DNA from: Phoronis australis
Lineage: Eukaryota > Animalia > Phoronida
Assembly: GCA_002633005.1 (NCBI GenBank)
Contig: NMRA01000343.1
Coordinates: 186,001 to 250,000, forward strand
Direction: 5' to 3'
Length of the DNA: 64,000 bases
Positions 51,801-64,000 of this stretch are shown here, in pieces. The first letter of the stretch is position 1; each line of letters opens with the position of its first letter. Under the pieces are notes generated by a model that worked only from the letters and a program-made list of their open reading frames with translations, was not told where the DNA came from and made no database searches. The position numbers and the translations under genes were made by a program.

Positions 51801-54800
51801 TTTTTGACGAGTGCTGAGTTTTAAGACTACAATAAATAATGATCACAGTGAGTGATTATTTTATACGAAACTAAGCAAACATGCTGTGCAGTATGAATTG
51901 CGATTTTCAGCTAAATTAAATTAAATTAAAATTAACTTTACATGTTATCATACTTGCCAGTCTTTTGAATTACCAAATCGAGAAGCCGATCGCGGAACCC
52001 TTTGGATTCTCCAGGGTTACGCTTTTCAAAAAAATCAAAACTTTCATCAACTTAAAATTTGAGATTTGATAGCTCATTGAATCATGGGAACTCTCCAAGG
52101 GAGCTTCCCACCAAAATTTAACAGTTCTTGGTTACAAACTTACCTTTGGAGCGACAATGGTGGTAAGTTTGTTCACTAGCCAACTGGGAAGATGACCTAG
52201 AAAACAGGAGCGTTAATTTCAAACAGGTACAACAAAATCTCCAAATTAGGACGTGATACGCTAGACATAATATATATTAATTATAAATATGTTTTAAAAT
52301 TCCAACATTTCAACTAGAAAGTAGATACAACCCATGATTGCTTTGCTGCATTATTTGAACAAAAGCTTTCATTTCAGCGTGACCTTTTATAGAAAATCTA
52401 CAATTATGAGATCGCCTTTCTACATTGGATACGTAAAAATGTCTCAGTCTAGTCTGGTACGGTTGGTTTGTAACACGAGTCGACCAAACCCACATAGGCA
52501 GTCCACACTCAGTGCGACGCCGTTTCCACTTTCAAAAGAGAACAACGAACAAAGTGCACAACATCAAAGAAACCAGTGCAGCTACATGCATCGGATTAGG
52601 TTTCAAATTTGTCTAATGACTAAAGTGCTTAAAACCACCATTTAGCTCATTGTGACAAGTGACTACATTGACAGCATTATTAAACCTCCCTTTATAGCAT
52701 TGCAGATAATGGTCTGGTATAACGTGCCCAAATTTTGAGAACCAGTTTTCTCCATTGAATAACGGGCACCAAACTGGTTCTCAAAATACGGGTGCGTTAT
52801 AACGGACTATATTGCCGCATTGCATATCACAATCCTAAATTCAATATAATCCCAAAAAACAGAAACAGCAAAGTGACTTAAACTGAAAGCGTGGTCATAA
52901 TTACGAAATGTCAGTTCTTATGAAGCCTGCAAAAACCTCCAGTTTGACTAAGGAACAATTTGAGACCAATTTTACAAAGCAAAGTGGTCTAAATCAAAAG
53001 TTGTTTTATGCGATGGAACGTGCAGGGTGACGTGAATAATGTCACCACCCACCACGGAGTGCACATTTCAACTAACTAGTAAATGTCATTCATTCATTGA
53101 CAGATAGACTAGACTTCCCTAAACTGAATTTTTTTTCGACTTTTCAACGCAAAATTCAAATTTGAACGGATAGAAGCTATTGCTGCTCATAGAGCCATAC
53201 TTAACAGTTGAATGGCAGAAATACTTCAAGTTGGGAAACAAAATAAAAAAACAAGTAATATCTGAGTTCTCAACAAAAACTGAACTTCCTGAGTACGTTG
53301 ACCTATATTTCTTGCGGGCACCCGTTTCCGAGATCTCTATTTACATTAACATGGTTTATAAAAAACTTTGACCATATTCAATGACTTGATAGGTATGCTC
53401 GAGGCAAATTGAAGGTCACTTTAGTACAAATTTGTGTACAAGAACCTCAACCCGTCTTTCGCAACAGGGAAAATTTTCATAAAGAAGGGGTCAAATTGAC
53501 ATTTTTGAATTCAAAGAATTATGAGATGTTTTGTGACAAACACCATTATAAGCTTTTTGCGAAAGCTACCACGACCACAAGACATTACAGTTCCCAAAAC
53601 AACATATTATTTATGGAACATCTTGAAACAGTATAAAATTTATCAAGAATTTCATGGTGAAATTCCTATTTTAACAATATCTACTTTTTTGAGACAAAGA
53701 GCAATGCTTCTGCATTTTTAGGTCCGAGTCCTGAATTAACAATTTTTCAACCATACTCTATCAAACATAGATTAATTTTCGACTTTCCCAATTTAGAACC
53801 GCTTCACAGAAAATAATCTAACATACTTCACTAGCATGTACTGGTCCCTTGAGGGCGTAATACCAAATGCTCCAGAAAGCATTGAATTTGCCCATTAGAC
53901 ATTTGTTGAACTAGAGATGAGCTATACATGACTCGAGATTTTACAAATTTGAGATATTAGGTAAGCTTAAATAGTGGGAATGTGTATTTGAGAAAAACAG
54001 CTATCATTCAAGATTTTTTAAATATATTATGTTTTTGCAGCAATAAAAACTAAGATGGTGTAAACCTAATTATAATAATGGTATTTCAAATATTTTCATG
54101 ACGAAAAGCTGAAATTTGATTGCCTGTCAAGGTTGGAATAATTCAAAGATTATTCAAAGCCAAAGCTCTAAATTCAAGAGATTTTCAAGGCTGCATGAAC
54201 CATGTCGAGATCCGCACACTCTTAAATCCCACAGCAAGCTTTTTTCAAAAAAATTTGAACTCAAAACAAAAATCTATAGTAAACACAAAATACGTATAAT
54301 GACGCATTACAATTAAAAGGTTTCAGTACAAGCATTTGCCAGCTGGCACGGAATCAATTAACGGTAGTAGCCAATAATTTATACACAATCAGGCAATAAA
54401 CTCCTGTCCAAACACAGACTTACCTTAGAACAAGTTGCACTAGAGCAACTTGTCCCACTTAAGTGGAGCGTCCACACACAAATATCCGATAACTAGGGTA
54501 AGGTAGAAGTTGTCGCTCAGTGCACGACAATGGACACTTCATGCGAATGCTGCGTGCAAAAGAAAACCTGTCTGTATGTGACTATAGCAGATAATCCGCC
54601 TTGCCCCAGGTTTGCAGCCACACAGCCATTAGAAGTGGCGCCAGTTTCCCCAGAACAAGTTATCCTACCTCCTTAAGGTGGAGTAAGTTGCCAAAAGTGT
54701 GGTAAGTTACGCTAGTTTAAAAAGCATCCACGCAGCCCTCAAACCTACCGACAACTCGTTCCAAGAGTAAGTTGTTCCAAGTCTGTGTGTGGATGGCACA

Positions 54801-57800
54801 TAAGCCGCAACAGACCACCACCAGCAAGAACTGGGATAAAATGGGAAACAACATGACCTAGTTATTTAATAAATCAGTTGTTTTGCCTAATTAGGTCTGA
54901 ATGCACCAAGTGAACGTAAACTGAGCTGTATTAAACTGATCAATAGTTTACCTTTAGGGTCCGACTGTGTGACGTAATAGATTTCACAGCTGGTTTTTCC
55001 AGTTGGACGAATGAGGTACCCTGTTAAGTAGGATATGCCACGGATAATCCCCTTCTTGGGTGGAGCCTTCTATTAAAAAGAGAGGAGATCACGACAGTTT
55101 AACACAGCATCATTCCGCTGTCAAAAATGTGTACGTGCGTGTTTGCATACACATGCGCTCGTGTGTGCGAATGTATAATGTGTCTAAGTAAGTACAGTAA
55201 CTCTTCATTTAGTGTGCACAATTTTTTGCCAAAATCTTCAGTTTTCATATTTTTAAAAGCTGATTTATCTCGCTGCAAACATTTAATAAAGACATCTTCA
55301 CAGTACAAACCATCTAGCAATGAAACTTGTCTAAATATTCATTTTTGTTGAGAAGCGTAACAGAATGAAATTTCGCTACATAGGTGATAGACTGATATAA
55401 GGTTTGCCATGGAGGACGAAGTCGCAAAAGAACAATTTGAATCATTGCATAGTGAGTGGATGTCTAGAAATTTGTTCTTGCAGTGTTGGAAGTGCTAGCT
55501 CGCCATATTTCAGAACTTTAGGAAGCACACCGAAACAAGAGTTGCCAGTGAAATATGCACATGTCCCAAGTTAGTAGTCACGCAAGTTGCAAGATTGGGA
55601 TGAGCACAGGCAATCTCACCTCCATAATACATAATGCATATATAAATCTTACCTCATGATTGACTGAATGATTAATGACCAGAAATTCCTTGACTGTTGC
55701 AAGAAATGACCTCTGCGTAACGAAATCTCTGTTTTTCAGCGGAGTAGGACACTTCACTGGAAACAATGCACCAAAACTATGTTACTCCACCACTTAATAC
55801 AGTCTAGTACAAGGAGCACATTTTGCTCAGTAAAAAGTAAATTAATCCGCCACGATAGTTAGGAACAGTTATACAATAGTTTAGGTAGTATTAGTAATTG
55901 GTAGTTGGGAGAGTTTACTTAATACATGTGTTAGATAATCCTAATTTATACTGCATATTTATGATAAAGGCAGCATATGCTTAAAGCCTCAAGTTGACAA
56001 CATAAGGCGTGGGTTAATAATGGCAATACAATATCCGCATCCAGTACAACAATTAAGGAGACATATAGTGTAAGACTGATGAAACATGACAAGAAAAGAC
56101 CAGGCATCCATGTTATCGAAGGTCGCGAGTCTGTCCATACTCGCGTCGAGAAATCTTGTATAACGGAATTTACACACTGTGTATTTTGTGTGTTTACGTG
56201 CTATTTTTCAATAGCTCAAAATTGCGGCATAGCTGTTTATTCTCTTCGGGGAGAACCATTTAGCTAGAAATTGCTGGTAGATGCAGCACTTGCTAACAAA
56301 ATCGGTTATAATAACATGACCTTGTGGGTCTCACCAAAGTTGCATAACAATCTTCTTTTAATACATAAATTCATCCAAGGACTGTATAGACCAGCTGGTA
56401 ACCAATCACATTATTAGGCTTACTGTAAACACTCAGACCTTAAACTGTATTAGTACTCGTATCGTATCATAAATAAAGTTTTATGAACCAAAGCACTACG
56501 GTATTATTATCATACGCGTGTAACCCGCTGGGCCAACAACAAAAACAAGAGAGACATCTAATGTGCGTGTGGATGCGCTACATTATAGACACAATATGCC
56601 AGACAAGCGAAATTTCATTTTTTAACTTTTTCGTAGAAGATAAGCAACACCGAATCAATGTAACACAATTTTTAAAGATCCATACCTTAGCTACCTAACC
56701 ACCTGATAATGACTATGAAAAATTGTGGGCACTCATAACAATGTTAGAGGCCTTTGCGAAATAAAAAAGACCAATTTTGACAATTACTTTTAATGATGTT
56801 GGTGAGACTTTACCATAAGGCAGAATGTTTCACAAGACTAGTCGAACAATGTCCAGTAACAAGCATAACCGTAATGTACTGGTAATTAAACGTAAATCGT
56901 AATGTACTGGTAATTAAACGTAAACCGTAATGTACTGGTAATTAAACGTAAACCCTTCACTAGCCGCTCAACACTTAGGTTGGTCACCAACTCCAGTTTC
57001 TGAAGCGTAAACGGATGAGAATCCTTAACTCCTCCTGCATGATATAAGTACAGCTTAGGCTACTTTCCAGCTAAGACAAGTGCTTGTTTACTGTTGAGTC
57101 AACAGGAGAAATGCAGATTTATGTGTTACGTGAGTATTAATGACATGATTCATACAGAGTTCTGATGAAAAATTTGAAGGATTTACAAGGATTGTGACCA
57201 GGTAGATCAAGACATAACTGATGCAAATTTAAGATCATTTCCGTACAAATTTGTGTGTATTTACTCCAATGTCCTTTTGTAATAGGAAAAATTCAAATGA
57301 GGGAGCCTAATATTATCATTTTAATAATTGCATAAAACATAGAAAAAGAAAGGCAGCTGATGTTCAGGATTTTTATACGTTTGAAAAATAAAATTCAGCC
57401 CACTGACTTATATGTCACCGTTACCAGATCTATTGAATAAACACTGCTTGTGTTACAAAAATGCATTGTGTGTAAACACAGAAAGCTCTCTTAAACGGAT
57501 TCACCATTGAAAATGTTACTTTTCATAATCTACATCATGAAAAATCGAAAAATCGAATTGTGAGCCACAATATAAAGCGTCCTTGAGAAATACAAGGACA
57601 CACTAATTGTAACAAGACTCAAGCTCATGTCATTGAGTTTTCCCGCTGGAGTGATAAAAAAATGATACCCAATTTACATGTTGTTATCACGGGTAATTTG
57701 GATGATCATTAATTCACCGTAGCAACTGAATAAAGACAATGTTCACAGATAGCACTGCTTTAGCTTTCAGAACCTCGCTCCAGGACAGTGATGTCACTGT

Positions 57801-58225
57801 AAGAGTCACTGAACCCACAACCAATAAGTTGAAAGTCTAACTCTCTAATACCCAGTTCAATGTGGAGACCTGAGCAATATCGAAGTGGGTCTGGTACTCA
57901 GTAATTTTTCTTAATTCAGTCACAAGCAATTTATCAAACCGGAATTTCGTAAAGTTTGGACTTGTCTTGACCGATACACTGAGATTGGAGTTTCCTCGAA
58001 ATCGGACAAGCAGAAATAAAACAATGTCTTTTCACTAACCGAAATCGGTTGGAATTTACTGTACTCTAGCTAACACTTACTGCAGTAGTATCCAATGTCA
58101 TTATTAGGATTAAGGCAGCATATATCATACGACTCCACCATATTACGATCCCATAACTTCCTGTATTCAGGGTCCAACAGGACGTCGTATAACGTGCAAC
58201 CAGCAACGTCACATGTAGAATAGAT
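48872..58225 (-). CDS. STARD10: START domain-containing protein 10 / PCTP-like lipid transfer protein, 5'-partial; exons 58225-58081, 55756-55653, 55069-54952, 52196-52144, 49111-48872
   Basis: 660 nt in phase. Motifs: [85 protein letters not shown]....[20 protein letters not shown], and an acidic tail. I could not find the N-terminal exon(s) in 58226-64000. Confidence 0.92.
49448..50358. mobile_element. About 910-bp non-autonomous DNA element flanked by TTAA (Kolobok-like)
   Basis: TTAA|gggg at the left and gcc|TTAA at the right, repeated gtgacggacgta motifs and gacctttgaccc/gggtcaagtgacc. The TIR match is weak. Confidence 0.5.
52701..52815. mobile_element. Short palindromic MITE-like element, copy 2
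   Basis: Reverse-complement match to 11986-12096. Confidence 0.75.
54398..54803. mobile_element. MITE of about 400 bp with imperfect TIRs in a STARD10 intron
   Basis: gtccaaacacagactt (54406-54421) versus aagtctgtgtgtggat (54779-54794), with internal acaagtt/aacttgt repeats. Confidence 0.55.
56867..56955. repeat. 28-bp tandem repeat x3
   Basis: cgtaatgtactggtaattaaacgtaaaY at 56870, 56898 and 56926. Confidence 0.95.
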
Positions 58226-61200
58226 CTGTAATCAAATACAAACAACTGAGGCGGAGTTGTAATTATCAAGCAGCACAACAACCTTGAACAATTAATATCT
58301 TAATAATAAAGTTTACCACTCAACTGGGAACCATCTCATCCAAAACATGAGCAGTAAACAAACCCCGCCCTTAAGTTATTCTTCATTTTTCATCACCTGT
58401 GCTTCAATCACAAGCTCTTTGAATTAACTTGTAAATTGACTTACTTTGTAATATTCAAGAACCACTGTCCAATCATGCTGAAGCGGTCACACTTTACAAC
58501 CCAGCCATTAAAGTTACATTTTATTAATAGTCACACCTAGTGTGTAAATGTGCCACACTGGACCCAAGACTAATATCAAATTAGATGGTAAAGCCAGGCA
58601 AACAGAAACTTAGTTTACAAAACAGGCTGGCAGTGCAAAATGTTATGAAGGACCCTCGAATAATGGCCAAATTGGCAAACTTTAGACATCACCTCATATA
58701 TTTACATCAAGCAAAATTTGGCCATGACAACGTAGTTGTGCTTGAAATGCACCTTTTTTTACTAAATTTACTAAAACATGGTCACATGATCCACTTAATA
58801 GCAGATTGGTACAAAGTCACGAATTAAATACTACAGACTTTCTACTTTCAGAAAATATGTACTTTTACTACGTTAAAATCCATAGTTTTGTCGACGTTTG
58901 GATAAATATATACAGGCAAGTCGATACTATAACCTTCAATGAAGTAAAAATCCTCATGTCGTTTTCTCAATAGAGCTGGAACAGAAAGTGATTCATCAGA
59001 TAAGGCCTATAAGATACTAGGGACCCACACCACTACCTTAAAGTATGTATTTATTCAGGTGGACCAGCGGGTTCTGTTGCGCAACCTGATGAATTTAAAG
59101 TCTCATGAGGTTCCCTTATCTGTAATACCCCATGCCACATTGTGGTTTACTGCATTTTCCACGAGTTGAAAACAATGTCAGTTTGCCTTTATATGTGTTC
59201 AGTATAACAAAAACTATGATACTAGATTAATTTACATGTCAGAAGTGACTCTTGATTTCTGCTGTGGATAAACTATGAGTTTGGTCACAGGCACCTTATC
59301 AGTTTGTTATCTTTAGGCTCTATGATTTGGAACTAATCTGATTCGTTATGACATTGTCTATAGATATCCCTACTTATAAAACATACAGATTAATGTTATA
59401 TACACCATGGAACTTGATCGGTGTCACAGGCCAGTCAAAGGGGAAAACAGCCATGCTTATCAGCCACACGCTGAGCCAGCTGTTAAACGCCGCTCAACTT
59501 CAGCACTGCTGGTACAAATGCAAGGTTTTGTACTTTGAAAGCATTTTAAAGACCACTTTTCATCAAGTTAAATTCTGGTCGACATGAAGGTGCCAAAATA
59601 TGACCTCCAATATTATCCCAGTGATGAGCCCTACCAATAACTTGGATGGACACAATAGCAATGTATGGATGGTTCCCTCTTCAATCCACCTGTTTAATGT
59701 AACATAAACTTGAGCTGTTATGGTATGTTCTATACCAGATCAAACTTAAGCATCTTTATTGATGGACACTACACTGAAAACCACAGCGTTGACTGACGAT
59801 AGTGTGAAAGGCCCTTTAGATTAATTACAAAGAATGATGGTTTTAAACAGTCAATCTTGACAAGTCCCAAAGAGCAACTGAAAAATGAAAAATTTTCAAA
59901 AAGAACTTTGGGGGCCCGAGTTCCTTTTGCAACTCACCACAATTTCACTGATCTTTAGAAGTGTCAATTTTGCTATTTATTGGCAAATGGTCTCATCAAA
60001 GTACCATAACGGGAACTGAGAAAACCGCTGACATAAGAATAAAAATTGGAAAATATAAGAGTTAGTAATAAAGGAACAGTAAAAACAGCATGCAGATCTA
60101 TGAGGACAATTGAAAAATGTGAAATGGTATCAGATTACAAGTAAAAGATAATGCATCAAAACACAATACAAACTGGAATGTGATTCAGCCAAAATTGTTG
60201 CAGATCTTCCTTGCGGGCATTTACCATCATGTATTTCCTTGTATTTCTTGTTTATTAAACAAGCTCCAGTACAAAACTATATGCTTTGTGACTCTGCAAT
60301 GAGGATCCTTGCAATCAACACAATGCATTCCATGAAACAATCTTGTAAGAAAACCATGATACCATAAAAGACTTACTAGCATGATACCAACAGTTTAGTG
60401 TCTCACTAATAAACATAGGCTGAATAGGCTGTAAACTTGATTCAAATTGAGTCAAAACTTGTAACTGCTAAAAATTCTTCAATTTGGGACAAAACTAATT
60501 GCTAAAATTACCCTATTTCCTATTTTTCAGAGGCTTACCACATAGTTGCAAACGCTGAAAATTTTACTAAATGTTGCTTGGTAATCAGCTACGCCATACA
60601 AAACATGCTAAAAGCAAAGCAAATTTTCCTGAAAAGTTACTTTCTTTTTGCTGAGAAATTTGACAAAATGAAATATCAACTGTCTGCCATATTGTGTCCC
60701 AAACTGAAGAATTTTTACCTGATACATCCAAATAGTACAGCACCGACTCACATGTTCTTAACAGTGTTTGAGCAGCGAAAAGTCTGTGACTATATTTATA
60801 ACAACCAACACCCTGTTTGAATCTAAAGAGCTTTGTTTCTTAAAAGAGTTTGTGTGCTTTTTGAGAGCCTAGGCCACGTTTTGCGAGTCCAAGCAAGACT
60901 TAGTGAGTCAGTTTACTGATAGTTTACAACCCTGATGTTCATAGATACAGCAGCCCAGTGTACTTAGTCAGCTTGATAGTGAAGAATTTAATGAACTGTG
61001 TTTTGGAAGGAGTGAAAATGCCTTTGTGGTCAATGGCCCATGTAAAAAGGCAAAAAGTTCACAGAAAAACACATCAGTTTCGTTCCAAATATGAGTCAGA
61101 GAAAAAAGCCATCTTTTGATGTAATACTGTGTATAATTTCTTTGATGTGCTCTTTCTAACCTGTGTTGCATAACAGATCAAGGAAAATTTGAAAAACCTC

Positions 61201-62400
61201 AGTCTGATCTCTCTATTCCATTCAACCATTTTTCAACTCCTGTTTCATCATGGTCCATGTATTGTGTTTATATTCCAGGCTACAGTGAACTCGGAGCACC
61301 TAGGACCACTTCAAACCTCGAGCACAGTTCTAGTGATCTGACTTTTACTGTGGAACATGGACCTAGCAGCAGTCCCAGGATCATGGTTTCATTTTTACGC
61401 AGTTGTTGGCACTGTCAGAAATTGGTCAGCTGTGTTGAGCCACTTGCCCCACCCCTTCATGATTGTCTGACCGCCACGTTCATATTACTGGTCTTGTAAA
61501 ATAACCAAATCGTTAACCACGACTCCCTTCAATAAAAAATATTTACTAATGACCTCACATTGAACTTCAATTCGCTACGTAATCAAAACCAAAATTAGTG
61601 CAAGTGATTCTAGATTCTGGGTTCCAAGCCAATGTGATCTAGAATACGCACTATTGCAGATTTTATTTTGCAATGACACAGATAAAGGGTTTGAAAGAAC
61701 TGGAACACTTGGAGCATGGAATCATGCTAGAGACTCCAGAGGCTGGATGTTTGAAGAAAATGAAAGTACAAGAATTGCAATAAAAACATGATTTCAAGCG
61801 GCTAAAGCCACCTGAATGAAATACTAGTAAAAACTTTTTGCAAATAACACGCGAATAGCAAAAGGACCTCATTACGACAAAACAATTAGAAATATTGTTT
61901 TTTAAATACCAAGTTACAGTCAAATCTCAACAATCCATAGGACAATATGGCGGACCTGACAATTTTTGTCTATTCTTTCCATCAATATGCCATGGCTACC
62001 GTTTGACAAAATTTTGGAAACTTGTGGCTAATCACAATATTATGAGATTAACTGAAATTTCTATATATTAAAAGTGACACACAACATGAAATTTTCTCCC
62101 CACAATACATTTAGAAGAGATAACAGCTGATATGACTCAAATTGAACTGTTGACACTGACAGTAGAATCTATGTAGTGAACAAAACAGCTGACAGATGTT
62201 ACAACTGCTCCATGTGCTAGTTTGTAGATTCAAATATCTCCCAAGATAACACTTACAAAATGTAAATATTAAGAAATAATCAGTACACAGTAAAATCTCA
62301 CCACTTTTGGACCAAAATAATGGCCAAAATTGCCCTCTACTCATTTTCAAAGATCTAAATCTTACATTGATGTGATTGCCTAGAAGTATAAATTTGGTAT

Positions 62401-62576
62401 TACCGTAAACGTTCGGGTTAACGCCCTGGGCGGTTAAATTGGCAAACCCAAAAAATCGGGGGTGGGTGGTTAACCAGACATGGGCGCTTAAACGTGAAAC
62501 TTCAAAAAATCCAGGGTGGGCGGTTAACCGAACATGGGCGCTTATTACGACAGACAAGCGCCCTGGGCGGTTAATC
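62401..62576 (+). mobile_element. Tc1/mariner-pogo-type MITE end with subterminal direct repeats
   Basis: Starts TA|CCGTAAA, with repeated cgccctgggcggttaa and gggtgggYggttaacc..acatgggcgctta. Confidence 0.55.
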
Positions 62577-64000
62577 TTACCTCGTGATCTAAGTACCCAC
62601 ACCACACACGTAGTCGTAGGCCTACTCGGATGGCGTAGCACTTTTCAAAGAGCGTTATCGTTACGTCACCACATGACGGGAAAAATTTCATAACAGCGGA
62701 TGATCCTAACAAAGGTTATCATGCCCTCAGATTAGTTATTCACCATTAAATTTACAGAATTGCTGAGTAATAGCCCCGTGCCGTCCTGCGGTCTTGTTAT
62801 TTAGCCCTGTAGTGCAGAGCGCAGACGACCAGTAACTATTTCATCTTGCTAAAGTGTGCGCGTGCAAGCTTCACGTGTTGCAGAGGTCACAGCAGACATC
62901 AGATTTATGGTTACAGTCTCGTACTAGCTGCCAAGTTCATAGTCAGAGTGCAGTTTTAAAATTGGTTGCAATAAAAGTTTGAAAACCTTAATTCAGATGT
63001 TTTTTGTGTTTGGGATGTTTATAGTCAACACTCCGTGACTCAATGACATTTTCAGCGTATGGTTCTGTGGCTTGCTGTTTTATCTCAACTGCCTGGCATT
63101 GCTCACTTGCCGTTGCGCCAAACATGCTCGGCAAAGAAGTAAGCCTAAGACAAGAATCGGGGTTAAGCGGCCGTGTGCCACTCGTCAATCAAGAATAAAA
63201 TTTCGAGCCACGGCATAAATATGTGATAAAACGCTACAAAACAGCGATGTTTCAATTCATAAATGATCACCTTACCAAACCTGGTGGTGGAAAAACATTT
63301 ATTTTTCATGCAAGATGTCCAGATTATCCTATTTATATCACTTGCAATATCGCACTGCGGCACTGTTCGGGCCCGTTGTTAGCGCGCAATGTCTCAGTCG
63401 GCTGACAATCGTGACTTGCAAATGCCGTCAAGTAATATAACGGCCTCTTTCGATATGCATCTCGTTTTTTATGGCCAAAGATAGCGGCGGGATTCAGCAC
63501 GCGCGTAGGGCCTACGTGCGAGTCACCTGTCAATCACATGTTGGTGTCAAGGTAACATGCACTCCAAAGTGTGGGAACTTGCGCGCGTGCACCACTACAA
63601 AGTCACACATCAAAAGAGAATAGCGACAGTCCTAAGTAACAGAAACGGACGTGACTATATACTTTTAACCATTGTCTCATTTCTCTGGCCTGATTTTTTC
63701 GAATATATGTTTTATCAAGTGCACTGCAGAGGAAAACTCAGCGCGGCAGACAAAGTCGCTGAAAGCGGAGATTTTGACGCCGGCGGCATTCTTAAACTTT
63801 GCAATCATGGGAAGAAAATAAAGTGACAAAAACGTTCAAGTATTATATTTTGAAGTGAGTCCATGACCCAAGACAATAAATTGTTACTTGTATAATTGCA
63901 ATTCACATTGCTAAACCACCGTCTCGGAGGCCCGGCGTCGTTACGCTCATTGTGATCATCGATCTTTTTCTAAAAGTCGGGGAATCGCGCGTTTCCTTAG

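Noticed and set aside
58445-58477. Phase-0 micro-exon upstream of STARD10 exon 58225 (HDWTVVLEYYK with GTAAGT donor)
   Set aside because: Weak acceptor and no match to the expected START N-terminal sequence.
62111-62641. 176-aa minus-strand ORF
   Set aside because: It overlaps a repetitive MITE end, has no recognisable domain and does not resemble the missing STARD10 N-terminus.

Overview
AT-rich eukaryotic genomic DNA with GT-AG spliceosomal introns, from an animal; a marine invertebrate such as a mollusc or other lophotrochozoan is my inference from repeat style and protein divergence. Five conserved genes lie in alternating orientation and could be rebuilt exon by exon with consistent splice phases: NFRKB/INO80G (-, 22 coding exons, runs off the left edge), RFC3 (+, 7 exons, 355 aa), DELE1 (-, 9 exons, 533 aa), pirin (+, 6 exons, 294 aa core) and a STARD10/PCTP-like gene (-, last 5 exons; 5' part not found in the window). 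NFRKB/RFC3 share a 386-bp divergent region with a palindromic E2F site. The most interesting region is the divergent DELE1/pirin pair. It has a CRE, ATF4-type elements, two NRF2-type AREs, uORFs in both predicted leaders and an in-frame presequence-like extension on pirin, which suggests (speculatively) a coupled mitochondrial/iron stress cassette. Introns carry MITEs, tRNA-derived elements and tandem repeats. I found no prokaryotic systems, CRISPR arrays, rRNA or intact tRNA genes. All identifications are by eye from remembered family motifs, not database searches.
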